Of a stretch of DNA of 64,000 bases, positions 1 to 9,586 are shown piece by piece. The DNA lies in contig JAWKYA010000007.1 in NCBI GenBank assembly GCA_041396725.1, positions 2,279-66,278 on the forward strand. Reading direction: 5' to 3'. Origin of the DNA: Alphaproteobacteria bacterium. GTDB lineage: Bacteria; Pseudomonadota; Alphaproteobacteria; JAWKYA01. A model generated the notes under the pieces. The model ran no database searches, was not told the origin of the DNA, and was given only the letters and a program-made list of their open reading frames with translations. Numbering within the stretch: the first letter of the stretch is position 1; the number at the start of each line of letters is the position of its first letter. The translations under genes were made by a program, and so were the position numbers.

Positions 1-450
1 GCAGGCGTACATACCTTCGATCCTTTTCATTTACCGCTGATGAATACGCTGATTCTATTATTATCTGGATGCACGGTAACCTGGGCGCACCATGCGTTGA
101 AGGAAGGGGATCGTAAGTCAACGTTGCAAGGCTTGGCCTTGACCATTCTTCTAGGAATAACCTTTACTTGCGTTCAGGCATACGAATATAGCCATGCTGC
201 GTTCGGTTTTACGGAAGGCATTTATCCATCGACCTTCTTTATGGCAACAGGCTTCCACGGTTTTCACGTCATCATCGGAACCATCTTCTTAATCGTGTGT
301 TGGTTCCGGGCCTATAAAGGCCACTTCAAACCCGATCATCACTTTGGCTTTGAGGCGGCGGCTTGGTATTGGCATTTTGTCGACGTGGTATGGTTATTCC
401 TATTCGTCTCGATCTACCTTTGGGGTGCCGGGCCTTTGCCGGCCGAGTAG
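1..450 (+). CDS. ctaE: cytochrome c oxidase subunit III (5' end cut by window edge)
   Basis: Frame 1 is open from nt 1 ([13 protein letters not shown] precedes the listed Met at 40). [25 protein letters not shown] and [17 protein letters not shown] are typical Cox3 helices. SURF1 follows, as in cta clusters. Confidence 0.9.
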   Translation, partial: AGVHTFDPFHLPLMNTLILLLSGCTVTWAHHALKEGDRKSTLQGLALTILLGITFTCVQAYEYSHAAFGFTEGIYPSTFFMATGFHGFHVIIGTIFLIVCWFRAYKGHFKPDHHFGFEAAAWYWHFVDVVWLFLFVSIYLWGAGPLPAE

Positions 451-468
451 ACGCCACAAGATTTGAGA

Positions 469-558
469 CAGAGGTACTTTGGCCTAGAGGTACTTTGGCC
501 CAGGAGTGTTTGGCCCAGGAGTGTTTGGCCGAGGAGTGTTTGGCCGAGAGGTGCTTAG
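469..558. repeat. tandem repeat, about 6 units of 15-16 bp (consensus NAGGWGTDTTTGGCC)
   Basis: Read directly: cagaggtactttggcc / tagaggtactttggcc / caggagtgtttggcc x2 / gaggagtgtttggcc / gagaggtgcttag. It lies between the ctaE stop and the SURF1 start. Confidence 0.9.
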
Positions 559-576
559 AATGAGGGGTTTGGTGCA

Positions 577-1332
577 ATGATCCGGCGATGCTGGCAGTGG
601 CCAACCCCAATCCTCGGCGGGGTTTTTCTTGTCGCCATTGCTCTTCTGGTTGGGCTTGGGACCTGGCAGGTTTACCGGCTGCAGTGGAAGACAGCACTGA
701 TTACCCGTATCGCAGACCAATTGACCTTACCGTCCATTGCTCTGCCTACAGCCGATGATCTTGATGAAGCTGCAGCAAGAGCTGGACTTGATTTCCGCCG
801 CGTGCGGGTCGATGGTGTATTTTTGCATGAAAGCGAGCGTCATTGGTGGCGACCATCGATTGGGGGGCTGGCAGGATATCATATTTTAACCCCCTTACGC
901 CGCGAGACCGGCGAGATCGTCTGGATCGATCGCGGTTGGGTGCCGCCCGAGTTGAAGGAACCTGCATCGCGGCCGTTAAGCCAAGTGACAGGGGTGCAAC
1001 ATATCGAAGGTATAACGCGGTTGCCTGTGCGGCGCGGGATTTTTACACCTGAAAATAATCCCGACAAGAATCTTTGGTACACGAATGATCCCCAAGAATT
1101 AATTCAGGGCCGATTAATTCAGGATCGATCTGCAGATCTCGCAGCAACCGGCGCTGTATTCCCGTTGATCGTCGATTCTGTCTCCCCGGTGCCCGGAGGG
1201 CATCCCGTTCCAGGACAAACGCAAATTACTTTAAATAATCCGCACCTTGGTTACGCGATTACCTGGTATGGACTTGCCTTCGCATTAACGGCAGTATTTC
1301 TTTTTTACCACTGGCGACCAATACGCATATGA
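577..1332 (+). CDS. SURF1 family cytochrome oxidase assembly protein
   Basis: N-terminal TM segment followed by LGTWQVYRLQWK, C-terminal NPHLGYAITWYGLA plus a second TM segment. Position directly after ctaE. Its stop overlaps the next start (ATGA). Confidence 0.85.
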   Translation: MIRRCWQWPTPILGGVFLVAIALLVGLGTWQVYRLQWKTALITRIADQLTLPSIALPTADDLDEAAARAGLDFRRVRVDGVFLHESERHWWRPSIGGLAGYHILTPLRRETGEIVWIDRGWVPPELKEPASRPLSQVTGVQHIEGITRLPVRRGIFTPENNPDKNLWYTNDPQELIQGRLIQDRSADLAATGAVFPLIVDSVSPVPGGHPVPGQTQITLNNPHLGYAITWYGLAFALTAVFLFYHWRPIRI

Positions 1333-2864
1333 CATCAAGCTCACCGCAAAAAGATCTTCCATCCTATCGTGCTCTCGAAGATCATTTCCGCCGCCTCAGC
1401 GCCGTCGACGATGCGCGGGCCGTGTTGCAATGGGACCTGGCAGTGACAATGCCACCGGGCGGCGCCGAAGCACGGGCAGAGCAGTTATCGGTCTTGTCGG
1501 TGATCAGTCATCGTCTTTTGACCGATCCAGCGTTAGGCGACCTTCTTGCGACGGCAACAACGACGGAAGTCTCTCAACTAAGCGAATGGCAACAGGCCAA
1601 TCTTCGCGAAATGCAACGCCTTTACGCCAATGCGATCGCAGTTCCGGCGGATTTGGTCGAAGCCTTGTCGAAGGCATGTTCTGCCTCAGAAATGGCCTGG
1701 CGAGTCGCGCGGCCAAAGGCCGATTTTACAAGTTTTCGACCTTATCTTGAACGCGTGGTCGCCTTAACCCGCGAAGCGGCTGTGGTCAAGGCCTCCCATC
1801 TTAAGCTCAGCCCCTATGATGCTCTATTGGATCAATATGAACCTGGGGGATCGTCAGCGCGGATCGATGAAGTCTTCGCTGATCTGGCGGCATTCTTACC
1901 AGAGTTTATTGATCGAGTTATTGCTCACCAATCGCGCCGCCCGAGGCCGCAACGTCCCGCAGGACCCTTTCCCCTTGCGATCCAACAAGCTCTGGCGACA
2001 CAACTGATTCAGCAGATTGGTTTCGATTTTACGCATGGACGTTTAGATATCAGCCTACATCCCTTTTCCTCAGGCGTTCCTACCGATGTTCGGATTACGA
2101 CCCGCTATGACGAAACGGATTTTATGGGCGCGTTGATGGGTGTATTTCATGAAACGGGCCATGCCATGTATGAACGACGCCGGCCACCGGCATGGATTGG
2201 GCAGCCCGTGGGACAGGCCCGAGGAATGGCTCTGCACGAAAGCCAATCCTTACTGCTCGAGATGCAAGCTTGCCGCAGCCAAGCCTTCATAACGTGGTTA
2301 ACACCCCAGCTACAGAATAGTTTCGCTGTGCCCAAGGATGGGCCTGGGGTTTGGACGGCTGAAAACATCTACCGACTTTACACCGAGGTGAAACGCAGCT
2401 TCATCCGCGTCGAAGCCGATGAGGTAACCTATCCTGCCCATATTATTCTCCGCTATCGGCTGGAGCGGGCTATGATTGCTGGCGATCTTGCAGTGGCAGA
2501 GTTACCCGCGGCATGGAATGACGGCATGAAAGAATTATTAGGTATCGCGCCCCCCGATGACCGGTTGGGTTGTTTACAGGATATACATTGGCCGGATGGT
2601 GCCTTCGGATACTTTCCAACCTATACCTTAGGAGCGCTTGCCGCCGCGCAGCTTTTTGATGCAGCCGTCCGGCAGATCCCCGAAATCATGCCCGGTCTAC
2701 GCCAAGGAAATTTTGTACCGCTGTTCGATTGGCTCAAGAAAAAAGTGCATGGGTGGGGGTCGCGATTTTCAACAGATGAAATTCTGGAAAAGGCGACCGG
2801 GCAACCCCTCGGTACCACGGTTTTTAAACAGCATATAATGCAGCGCTATTTAACGGAGACTTAG
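1329..2864 (+). CDS. M32 family (Taq-like) metallocarboxypeptidase
   Basis: HETGHAMYE zinc motif, HESQS, DIHW and GYFPTYTLG motifs; length 511 aa. Confidence 0.9.
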   Translation: MTSSSPQKDLPSYRALEDHFRRLSAVDDARAVLQWDLAVTMPPGGAEARAEQLSVLSVISHRLLTDPALGDLLATATTTEVSQLSEWQQANLREMQRLYANAIAVPADLVEALSKACSASEMAWRVARPKADFTSFRPYLERVVALTREAAVVKASHLKLSPYDALLDQYEPGGSSARIDEVFADLAAFLPEFIDRVIAHQSRRPRPQRPAGPFPLAIQQALATQLIQQIGFDFTHGRLDISLHPFSSGVPTDVRITTRYDETDFMGALMGVFHETGHAMYERRRPPAWIGQPVGQARGMALHESQSLLLEMQACRSQAFITWLTPQLQNSFAVPKDGPGVWTAENIYRLYTEVKRSFIRVEADEVTYPAHIILRYRLERAMIAGDLAVAELPAAWNDGMKELLGIAPPDDRLGCLQDIHWPDGAFGYFPTYTLGALAAAQLFDAAVRQIPEIMPGLRQGNFVPLFDWLKKKVHGWGSRFSTDEILEKATGQPLGTTVFKQHIMQRYLTET

Positions 2865-3676
2865 ATCGCGCGCTGCGGATTGCGGGCGATGAAGCACCAA
2901 AGTCGATGGGGAATCTGCAAAGGCTGATGGGGAAATTCCCGCATCAATAGCGCAGTTAAATCGCGATCGAAGGCCGTGGCCTTGTCCGTGGTTAGTCCAT
3001 CACGGATCCCTTCGCTGGCGCGCACACGGCCCCGCCAAGTTTCATGACTAACCTGAACGGTCTCTTCTTCTTCAAAGCTATCGAAGTCGGTGAAGCCGGC
3101 AGCCATAGCATCGCGTTGCCATTGGGGATAGCGGCCATCTCGGCCAGCCATTTTCCAATGAGGGATATACGATAGAATAAGTTGCTCTGTCGCCGCGACG
3201 ACCGATCCAGGTTTTGGCAACCAATCGAAATGACAAATCACCAACCGGCCATGGGCAAATAATAAACGCTTAGCTTCAGCCATGGCTTTGGCACTATCAA
3301 ACCACTGCCAGCACTGGGCGGCAGTGACAACGTTAAAAGCGGCACCTGGCAATCCTGTTTCCTCAGCATGCCCGGTTATGTAATGAAGGCGAAGATGCGC
3401 TTCGGCATCGAGCCGGCGTGCTGTCAAAAGCAATTGCGGCGAAGGATCAATTCCCGTCACAGCGGCGCCATGTCGAGCTAATTCGCGGGCAAATTGCCCG
3501 GTGCCGGTGCCAAGATCCAAAATACGCAAACCAGGACCAGTTATACCGATCTTAGCCAGACGATCGAAAACCCACTCGGGAAAGCTGGGCCGCCAGCGGT
3601 CGTAATCGTCCCCTGCACTCGAAATATTAACGGCCACCTTGTATCCATCCATCGGCAAGGATCTCGAGAATTTCAC
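2861..3676 (-). CDS. class I SAM-dependent methyltransferase
   Basis: ILDLGTGTGQFARELARHG glycine-rich SAM motif. The start could instead be the Met at 3652. Confidence 0.75.
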   Translation of the reverse strand: MKFSRSLPMDGYKVAVNISSAGDDYDRWRPSFPEWVFDRLAKIGITGPGLRILDLGTGTGQFARELARHGAAVTGIDPSPQLLLTARRLDAEAHLRLHYITGHAEETGLPGAAFNVVTAAQCWQWFDSAKAMAEAKRLLFAHGRLVICHFDWLPKPGSVVAATEQLILSYIPHWKMAGRDGRYPQWQRDAMAAGFTDFDSFEEEETVQVSHETWRGRVRASEGIRDGLTTDKATAFDRDLTALLMREFPHQPLQIPHRLWCFIARNPQRAI

Positions 3677-3921
3677 TCATACGAGGCATAGTAGCGGAGA
3701 TTGCCCAAAAGGTGCAAAAGGGGGGATTAAAAACTTTATAAGAGAACTCTAATAGAAAACTTTGCGTTTTTAACACAAATTTTCTTTTATTTTTAACAAA
3801 AGTTTCTCTTCCAATCAAAATTACGAGACGAATCCTATTTTTCTCTTGCTTTTCATGCTTGGGCGGGCGGCTGATAAGCGCCAAGACAACCATACCCATA
3901 CAACCCTAAAGGAGAGGTTAC

Positions 3922-4446
3922 ATGAAATTTATGCGATGGGCGTTACTCGCCGCCGCTATGTTTTTAGTAAACCCGCTCGAGTCTCATGCCGCTGGTGGAG
4001 GTGGTGGCGGAGGTGGTGGCGGCAGTGGCGGTGGTGGAGATAGTGCAGCAGCACCGGCCATTGGCTCTGTGGCACGTAAGGCTCGTGCCGAAGCCAAACG
4101 GGAGGAGGCAGTTAAATTGATTAAGGCCGAGCAGTTCGCTAAGGCCAGCGATCTATTGAAGGATGCAGTGAAGTCTAACCCAGAAGATGCCGATGCTTGG
4201 AATTGGCTGGGGTATAGTTATCGGAAACAGAAGAAATACGACGAGGCTTTGAAGGGCTATAATGAGGCCTTGCGCCTAAACCCCAATCACAGAGGGGCTC
4301 ATGAATATTTGGGCGAGCTTTATGTGGAGATAGGCAATATCGCCAAAGCCGAAGAGCTCCGAGATAATCTCGCTAAAATCTGCAACGGTGCGTGCGAAGA
4401 GCTAGAAGATTTGAACGAATTTATCGCTAAGAATAAAAAAAGCTAG
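3922..4446 (+). CDS. secreted TPR-repeat protein with poly-Gly linker
   Basis: Signal-peptide-like N-terminus (MKFMRWALLAAAMFLVNPLESHA), a G10-S-G4 tract, then TPR-like DAWNWLGYSYRKQKKYDEALKGYNEALRLNPNH. SD aaggagagg lies upstream. Confidence 0.7.
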   Translation: MKFMRWALLAAAMFLVNPLESHAAGGGGGGGGGGSGGGGDSAAAPAIGSVARKARAEAKREEAVKLIKAEQFAKASDLLKDAVKSNPEDADAWNWLGYSYRKQKKYDEALKGYNEALRLNPNHRGAHEYLGELYVEIGNIAKAEELRDNLAKICNGACEELEDLNEFIAKNKKS

Positions 4447-4463
4447 GGCCATGCACCTAGGGG

Positions 4464-4497
4464 AATCAGCCGGTTCAAGGCCGGCTGATTTTATTTT
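4464..4497 (+). terminator. Rho-independent terminator after the TPR gene
   Basis: aatcagccgg-ttcaagg-ccggctgatt hairpin followed by ttattttg. Confidence 0.75.
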
Positions 4498-4564
4498 GAT
4501 CTTTGCATTGGCGGTGAGGTTATGCAGTATACTTCTTTGTCGAAAGAGCAGGGGGTAAGATCTC

Positions 4565-5368
4565 ATGACTCATGCAGAGAAGACGGCGTCTTTATTGAAG
4601 CAGCTTCGCGCCGCTACGCCGCTGGTACAAAATATAACGAATTTTGTTGCAATGGATTTTGCAGCCAATGCGCTGCTGGCTATCGGCGCCTCGCCGGCGA
4701 TGGTGCATACTAAGGAAGAAGTAGCGGATTTTGTCCAAATCTCTAGCGCGCTCACCATTAATATCGGTACCCTATCTCCGTTGTGGGTCGAGGGGATGGA
4801 GCGGGCGATTACGGCTGCACAGCACGGGGCCAAACCGTGGGTGTTCGATCCTGTCGGTGTAGGGGCAACTCCCTATCGAACCGCGGTGGCTCGGCAGCTT
4901 GCCGACATGAAGCCAACGGTTTTGCGAGGCAATGCATCGGAAATTATGACTCTGGCGGGGGTTGCTGGGATCGCCTCGAAAGGTGTGGATAGTACGCGAG
5001 GATCCAATGAGGCAGAAGCGCCTGCCAAGGAATTTGCGGCGCGGTTAGGATCGACAATCGTTGTGACCGGTCCGATTGATATTGTGACCGACGGCCAGCG
5101 GGTTTTACGCATTGGAAATGGGCACGAGATGATGCCGCGCATCACCGCCTTGGGCTGTGGATTGACCGGTCTTATCGGGGCTTTTCTTGCGGTAGAAAAG
5201 GATGCGGTTATAGCGGCGACGGCGGCGACGGCGATTTTCGGATTGGCAGGTGAAATAGCTGCGGCCAAGGCCGAAGGTCCTGGATCGCTCCGCGTTCACT
5301 TGCTGGATGCACTTTATAAGCTAGATGAAGCGACGGTCGCGGCGCGGGTTAAAATCTCGGCGGCATAG
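4565..5368 (+). CDS. thiM: hydroxyethylthiazole kinase
   Basis: PLVQNITNFVAMDFAANALLAIGASPAMV and downstream ThiM-type motifs; 267 aa. Confidence 0.9.
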   Translation: MTHAEKTASLLKQLRAATPLVQNITNFVAMDFAANALLAIGASPAMVHTKEEVADFVQISSALTINIGTLSPLWVEGMERAITAAQHGAKPWVFDPVGVGATPYRTAVARQLADMKPTVLRGNASEIMTLAGVAGIASKGVDSTRGSNEAEAPAKEFAARLGSTIVVTGPIDIVTDGQRVLRIGNGHEMMPRITALGCGLTGLIGAFLAVEKDAVIAATAATAIFGLAGEIAAAKAEGPGSLRVHLLDALYKLDEATVAARVKISAA

Positions 5369-5402
5369 TCCTTTATCATAAATTGTCTGAAGGGGTTGTT
5401 TG

Positions 5403-5424
5403 ATCGATCTATAATCGATCTATA
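5403..5424. repeat. 11-bp tandem duplication (atcgatctata x2)
   Basis: Read directly; intergenic, upstream of the AEC transporter gene. Confidence 0.85.
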
Positions 5425-5516
5425 GATGCTCCTGCCTGGGGTAATCTTTGTCTTGCAGGAATGCGTGCCCTACCACTTAATGCGCGGGTCGATCCTCGCA
5501 ACGGAAAGCGGTTTTC

Positions 5517-6455
5517 TTGAATCTAGTCGTTACCCTCATCGTTCCGGTTTTCCTTTCGGTTCTGCTTGGGGTAGCAGCGCGGTACCTTCGCTTGATCGAT
5601 GCGGGAGGATTTAAGGGCCTCACCAGTTTTGTTTTTAATTTCGCTATTCCGTTTTCCCTATTTGCGAATCTCGCTACAGCCCATTTGCCTGCAGCCATCC
5701 CCTGGTCTTACTTTGTCACCTATTTTGGTGCGGGAATTATGGTTTATGGGATTGGACTTTTTCTCTCGCGGCAGGTTTTTCGCCGGCCGTTCGCTGAAGC
5801 AGTTCCTTTTGCCTTCGGTTCAGTTTTTTCCAATACAACGCTATTAGGGATTCCGATTGTTCTTGGTGTTTGGGGTGAGTCGGCGACGCTACCCCTGTTT
5901 TTGGTGATCGTTCTGCATGCTGCCATCTATTTTCCACCATCCACACTGCTGATCGAGATTGGTTTGGGGAGCCGACCCCATGTTATGGAAATGGTACGGT
6001 TGATCATCAAAGGCTTGATCCACAACCCGATTGTCCTCGCATTGGCCTTAGGTATGGTCGTAGCGTTTTTTACGATCCCCGTTCCGGAGGTTGTTATGCG
6101 ATTCCTCACTCTCACGGCACAAGCGGCCGGTCCTTGCGCCCTGTTCGCTATGGGAGGATCGCTGCGACTGGAAGGACTACATAAGGTTGGTGGCGAGACG
6201 GCAGTAGCTGTTCTGCTGAAGATCGTCGTTCATCCAGTCTTGGTCGCCCTGCTTGGCTTTTATGTCTTCCATCTTGATCCTCTTTGGGCCAAGGTCGCCG
6301 TGACCATGGCGGCCTTGCCGTCAGGGATCAATTTGTTCATCCTGGCTGACCGCTATGGCGTTGCCGTCGATCGCTCGGCCGCCATCGTTACCGTGGGGAC
6401 AGCCGCAGCGCTTCTGACCTTGTCGCTGCTCCTGCCATACCTGGCAGCGCTTTAA
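5517..6455 (+). CDS. AEC (auxin efflux carrier) family transporter
   Basis: 312-aa polytopic membrane protein. The overall pattern of about 10 hydrophobic segments is typical of the AEC family. TTG start. Confidence 0.75.
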   Translation: MNLVVTLIVPVFLSVLLGVAARYLRLIDAGGFKGLTSFVFNFAIPFSLFANLATAHLPAAIPWSYFVTYFGAGIMVYGIGLFLSRQVFRRPFAEAVPFAFGSVFSNTTLLGIPIVLGVWGESATLPLFLVIVLHAAIYFPPSTLLIEIGLGSRPHVMEMVRLIIKGLIHNPIVLALALGMVVAFFTIPVPEVVMRFLTLTAQAAGPCALFAMGGSLRLEGLHKVGGETAVAVLLKIVVHPVLVALLGFYVFHLDPLWAKVAVTMAALPSGINLFILADRYGVAVDRSAAIVTVGTAAALLTLSLLLPYLAAL

Positions 6456-6560
6456 TGCTCGTTTCTGAAGAGAGGATCCCTTCCTAGGTAAGGAAAAAAT
6501 CACTTCCCATGCCAGGGCTAGATATGATAAAACGAAGCACCCACTGAATATGGTGAGTAC

Positions 6561-7370
6561 GTGGAAACCTTGCATGCCGATGCCCATGGTTCTGTTCCGC
6601 CAGGGGCGGGCCACTCTGGGACCGGATCTCCTGAGCGATCGCCTACTCGGCCGCACGGGACAGACAGCGGAGAGGGCGAAGAAAACGGAGCTTTTCAGAA
6701 TGAGGAAGGCCCGTTATCGCGTACCTATGCGATTGCGTGCTCCAGTGCCTTTCGCGATGCTGTCTCAGCCTTATCGCGCCGGCGCGGAGCCAGCATCGCC
6801 GACATTGTGCGGGCGGTCCTTTACGTCGTGGATACGCGGATTGTCGCTGCTTGCCCCGATCCTGGCGGCCCGCTTCCGAACGATCGCGAAGAGGTAGTCT
6901 TACTCTCAGGTCCATCGCGCAACCGCGTTCTTAAGCGCAAACCCCGTCTTCAAGTACGATTGCCTGATGGGCTTGAGATCGAGACGATCCGCAAGTCTTT
7001 GGCTTTAGCGCTGGCTATGGATAAAGGCGCGGTAGGACTGAAGCTTGTCGATCCTTCGGCGTCGGCAACTCCAGGGCCATCGGCTCCTTTAACCGAGATG
7101 GTTCAAAAACTGGCGCAACTCGAAGATGAAAATCAACGGTTGCGTCAAACGATTAACAGTTTGTCATTTCCATTGTTGGAAGGTGGGGTGCGTAACCGCG
7201 CCGAAGCTCTATATGTTTTAGGTTTTCCACCCTTTGCCCATCCCGAGAGTCGACTTTTAAAAGAGAGATATCGCCTTTTGGCGCGTATCCATCATCCCGA
7301 CGGCAGCTCTGGCGATCATGGCCGGATGAGTCAGCTGAACGCCGCCTTCGCTATCTTGCAGGCGGGTTGA
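6561..7370 (+). CDS. J-domain protein with RHH-like N-terminal region and coiled coil
   Basis: C-terminal LLKERYRLLARIHHPDGSSGDHGRMSQLNAAFAIL contains the HPD tripeptide of J domains. The N-terminal TYAIACSSAFRDAVSALSRRRGASIADIVRAVL looks like a strand-helix-helix. LAQLEDENQRLRQTINSL looks like a coiled coil. No in-frame ATG exists, so the GTG start at 6561 is uncertain. Confidence 0.55.
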   Translation: METLHADAHGSVPPGAGHSGTGSPERSPTRPHGTDSGEGEENGAFQNEEGPLSRTYAIACSSAFRDAVSALSRRRGASIADIVRAVLYVVDTRIVAACPDPGGPLPNDREEVVLLSGPSRNRVLKRKPRLQVRLPDGLEIETIRKSLALALAMDKGAVGLKLVDPSASATPGPSAPLTEMVQKLAQLEDENQRLRQTINSLSFPLLEGGVRNRAEALYVLGFPPFAHPESRLLKERYRLLARIHHPDGSSGDHGRMSQLNAAFAILQAG

Positions 7371-8249
7371 TTGTCTTATCGAGATCGTATTGACGCCTGC
7401 AATAACGCAGACCTTCGCATTTTTCGACCGTTCCGTCTCGCTGGTAAGACCATTGGCTACATCGGTAAGAGCTTTGCCGATCTTCTCAAGATCCATAGCG
7501 ATGGCATCTTCCATATAACCGACGCAGCGATCGATCTCGATCCCAGTTTAAAAACATCCGCAGCGCGAACCGAGCGCCTTGATAAGCTCATGCGTAAACT
7601 TGCGGCGTTGAACGTCATCCTTGGGTGGCGTGAAGAAAGTTTTGGCGTTTACGATGCTGGCGATATTCCAGGTAAATCTACACCCCTGTTTCATCTAGAA
7701 CGTGCGGCGATCCCTTTGCTCGGGATTCGCGCTTTTGGCGTTCACATGACGGGATACGTTCGCAAGCAAGGTGAATTGCATATTTGGGTTGCGCGGCGGT
7801 CGCGAAACAAGCCCACCTATCCAGGAATGTGGGATAATACGGTGGCTGGTGGGATGCCAGTCGGGTACTCATTGGCGGAAAATCTCGCTAAAGAATGTGC
7901 AGAGGAAGCGGCGATCCCTGCCGATCTTGCCGCCAAGGCACAGGCGGTCGGTATGGTCTCCTACGCTTATACTGAAACGACGCCAGCTGGATTTGTGACG
8001 TTAAAACCAGATATTCAGTTTTGCTTCGATTTGGAATTGCCTGCCGATTTTATCCCACACAACACCGATGGAGAGATTGAGTCTTTTCATTTGTGGCCGG
8101 TCATGGCATTTGCCGAAAAAATCCGCGATACTGCCGAGTTCAAATTCAATTGTAATCTAGTTGCCATCGACTTTCTAATTCGCCATGGCATTATTACCCC
8201 CGATAATACGCCCGATTATGTGTCTCTCTGTAGAGATCTTCGACAATAG
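7371..8249 (+). CDS. NUDIX hydrolase (DUF4743/NUDT-like)
   Basis: Nudix-box-like GGMPVGYSLAENLAKECAEEAAI. The TTG start directly abuts the stop of the upstream gene. Confidence 0.7.
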   Translation: MSYRDRIDACNNADLRIFRPFRLAGKTIGYIGKSFADLLKIHSDGIFHITDAAIDLDPSLKTSAARTERLDKLMRKLAALNVILGWREESFGVYDAGDIPGKSTPLFHLERAAIPLLGIRAFGVHMTGYVRKQGELHIWVARRSRNKPTYPGMWDNTVAGGMPVGYSLAENLAKECAEEAAIPADLAAKAQAVGMVSYAYTETTPAGFVTLKPDIQFCFDLELPADFIPHNTDGEIESFHLWPVMAFAEKIRDTAEFKFNCNLVAIDFLIRHGIITPDNTPDYVSLCRDLRQ

Positions 8250-8296
8250 AAAAGATCATCGCCGCACATGAACAAAAAAAGCAAGGCAGGATAAGG

Positions 8297-8995
8297 GTGC
8301 ACCAACGACGTTTCCCAGATACACCGGATGGTCCGGGTGATCTATCTCCAGATGACCAAGCTCAGGTCGGTCGCATCTTAAATGATCAAACCTCAGATGA
8401 TCAGATTTTAGGTGGTCGAACCATTGGGCTTTTAGGTGGATCTTTTAACCCCGCCCATGCAGGTCATCGGCAAATTGCTGAAGAGGCTTTGCGGCGCCTA
8501 AATCTCGATGCCGTTTGGTGGGTTGTCTCGCCTCAAAACCCTTTAAAATCCTCCAGCGATATGGCGCCGTTTGCTGTGCGGTTAGCGCGTGCACGCATTA
8601 TGGCACAGCACCCACGGATGCGCGTCTGCGATCTTGAGATGAAATTCGGGACGCATCGCACAGCCGATACCCTTGATCAATTTCACAGGCGCTACCCTAA
8701 AGATCGTTTTATCTGGCTGATGGGAGCGGATAACCTTGGTCAAATTTCAAGCTGGGCGAAGTGGCAACAAATTTTTAATACAACGCCCGTTGCAGTCTTT
8801 GCGCGTGCGCCTTATAATTTACGTGTATTGGCTGGCGTTGCGGCGCGGCGGTTTGCGCGTTTTCGCATCAAGCCTCAAAAGGGCACGGCGAGGCGTCTTG
8901 GTTTTGCAAAAGCGCCAGCGTGGGTGTTCTTTCACATCCGTACGAACCCCGCTTCGGCGTCGGCAATCCGGGCCTGGAAACAGGCGCGGCGTTAG
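8297..8995 (+). CDS. nadD: nicotinate-nucleotide adenylyltransferase
   Basis: GLLGGSFNPAHAGHRQIA (the (T/H)xGH nucleotidyltransferase motif). The N-terminal extension of about 40 aa depends on the GTG start and is uncertain. Confidence 0.85.
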   Translation: MHQRRFPDTPDGPGDLSPDDQAQVGRILNDQTSDDQILGGRTIGLLGGSFNPAHAGHRQIAEEALRRLNLDAVWWVVSPQNPLKSSSDMAPFAVRLARARIMAQHPRMRVCDLEMKFGTHRTADTLDQFHRRYPKDRFIWLMGADNLGQISSWAKWQQIFNTTPVAVFARAPYNLRVLAGVAARRFARFRIKPQKGTARRLGFAKAPAWVFFHIRTNPASASAIRAWKQARR

Positions 8996-9148
8996 GGTAG
9001 ACTATGAGTATCGACGGGAAGTTACCGTCGATCGGGGCAACGCGATTCTTTAGGAAAGGTACCGCATCGGATTGGCAAACAAGCGGAACTCTTACAGACG
9101 AGAGACGTTGACCCTGAGGTTTCAACCACATCTCAACTGGAGGAGTGA

Positions 9149-9586
9149 ATCATCGCCAAAAAACTGAACACGGCCGCTCGTCCCACGAACGTCCGCAGCC
9201 TGATCGAGGCGTCGCTCGACGCCGACAAAGGCATCGACATCTTCACCATCGACTTGGCCGGTAAGGCCAGTTTCGCCGATCATATGATCATCGTTTCCGG
9301 CACCAGTAGCCGGCACATCGCTTCCATGACCCAGCATCTTGTTGAACGATTGAAGGCTGCCGGCCTTGAGACACCGCATGTCGAAGGCTTGCCGCAAGCC
9401 GATTGGGTATTACTCGATGCCGGGGATGCGGTGGTTCATTTGTTCCGGCCCGAGGTGCGCAACTTTTATAATTTGGAAAAATTGTGGAGCGTCGCGGCAC
9501 CGACGCCCGAAACAGCGGATAGTACCGCCGCGCCGACCCCACGTCGACGCACGAAGCGAACCTCGTCAGTTGGCGCCGGCATCTAG
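9149..9586 (+). CDS. rsfS: ribosome silencing factor RsfS (start codon unresolved)
   Basis: ADHMIIVSGTSSRHIASM...ADWVLLDAGDAVVHLFRPEVRNFYNLEKLW is classic RsfS. The conserved N-terminus (LIEASLDADKGIDIFTIDLAGKAS) lies upstream of the listed TTG at 9254. It is in frame only back to a TGA at 9146-9148. ATC at 9149 sits 5 nt after the GGAGG at 9139-9143. Confidence 0.75.
   Translation: MIAKKLNTAARPTNVRSLIEASLDADKGIDIFTIDLAGKASFADHMIIVSGTSSRHIASMTQHLVERLKAAGLETPHVEGLPQADWVLLDAGDAVVHLFRPEVRNFYNLEKLWSVAAPTPETADSTAAPTPRRRTKRTSSVGAGI

Noticed and set aside
469-558. Could the 15-16 bp repeat array be a CRISPR or a REP-type element?
   Set aside because: The units are directly abutting with no spacers, are too short, and are not palindromic. 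No cas genes are present. It is a simple tandem repeat.
4441-4564. Expected a TPP riboswitch upstream of thiM.
   Set aside because: The 120-bp leader contains a terminator for the upstream gene but none of the conserved THI-box elements (no CUGAGA / ACCUGAUCUGGAUAAUGCCAGCG-like core).
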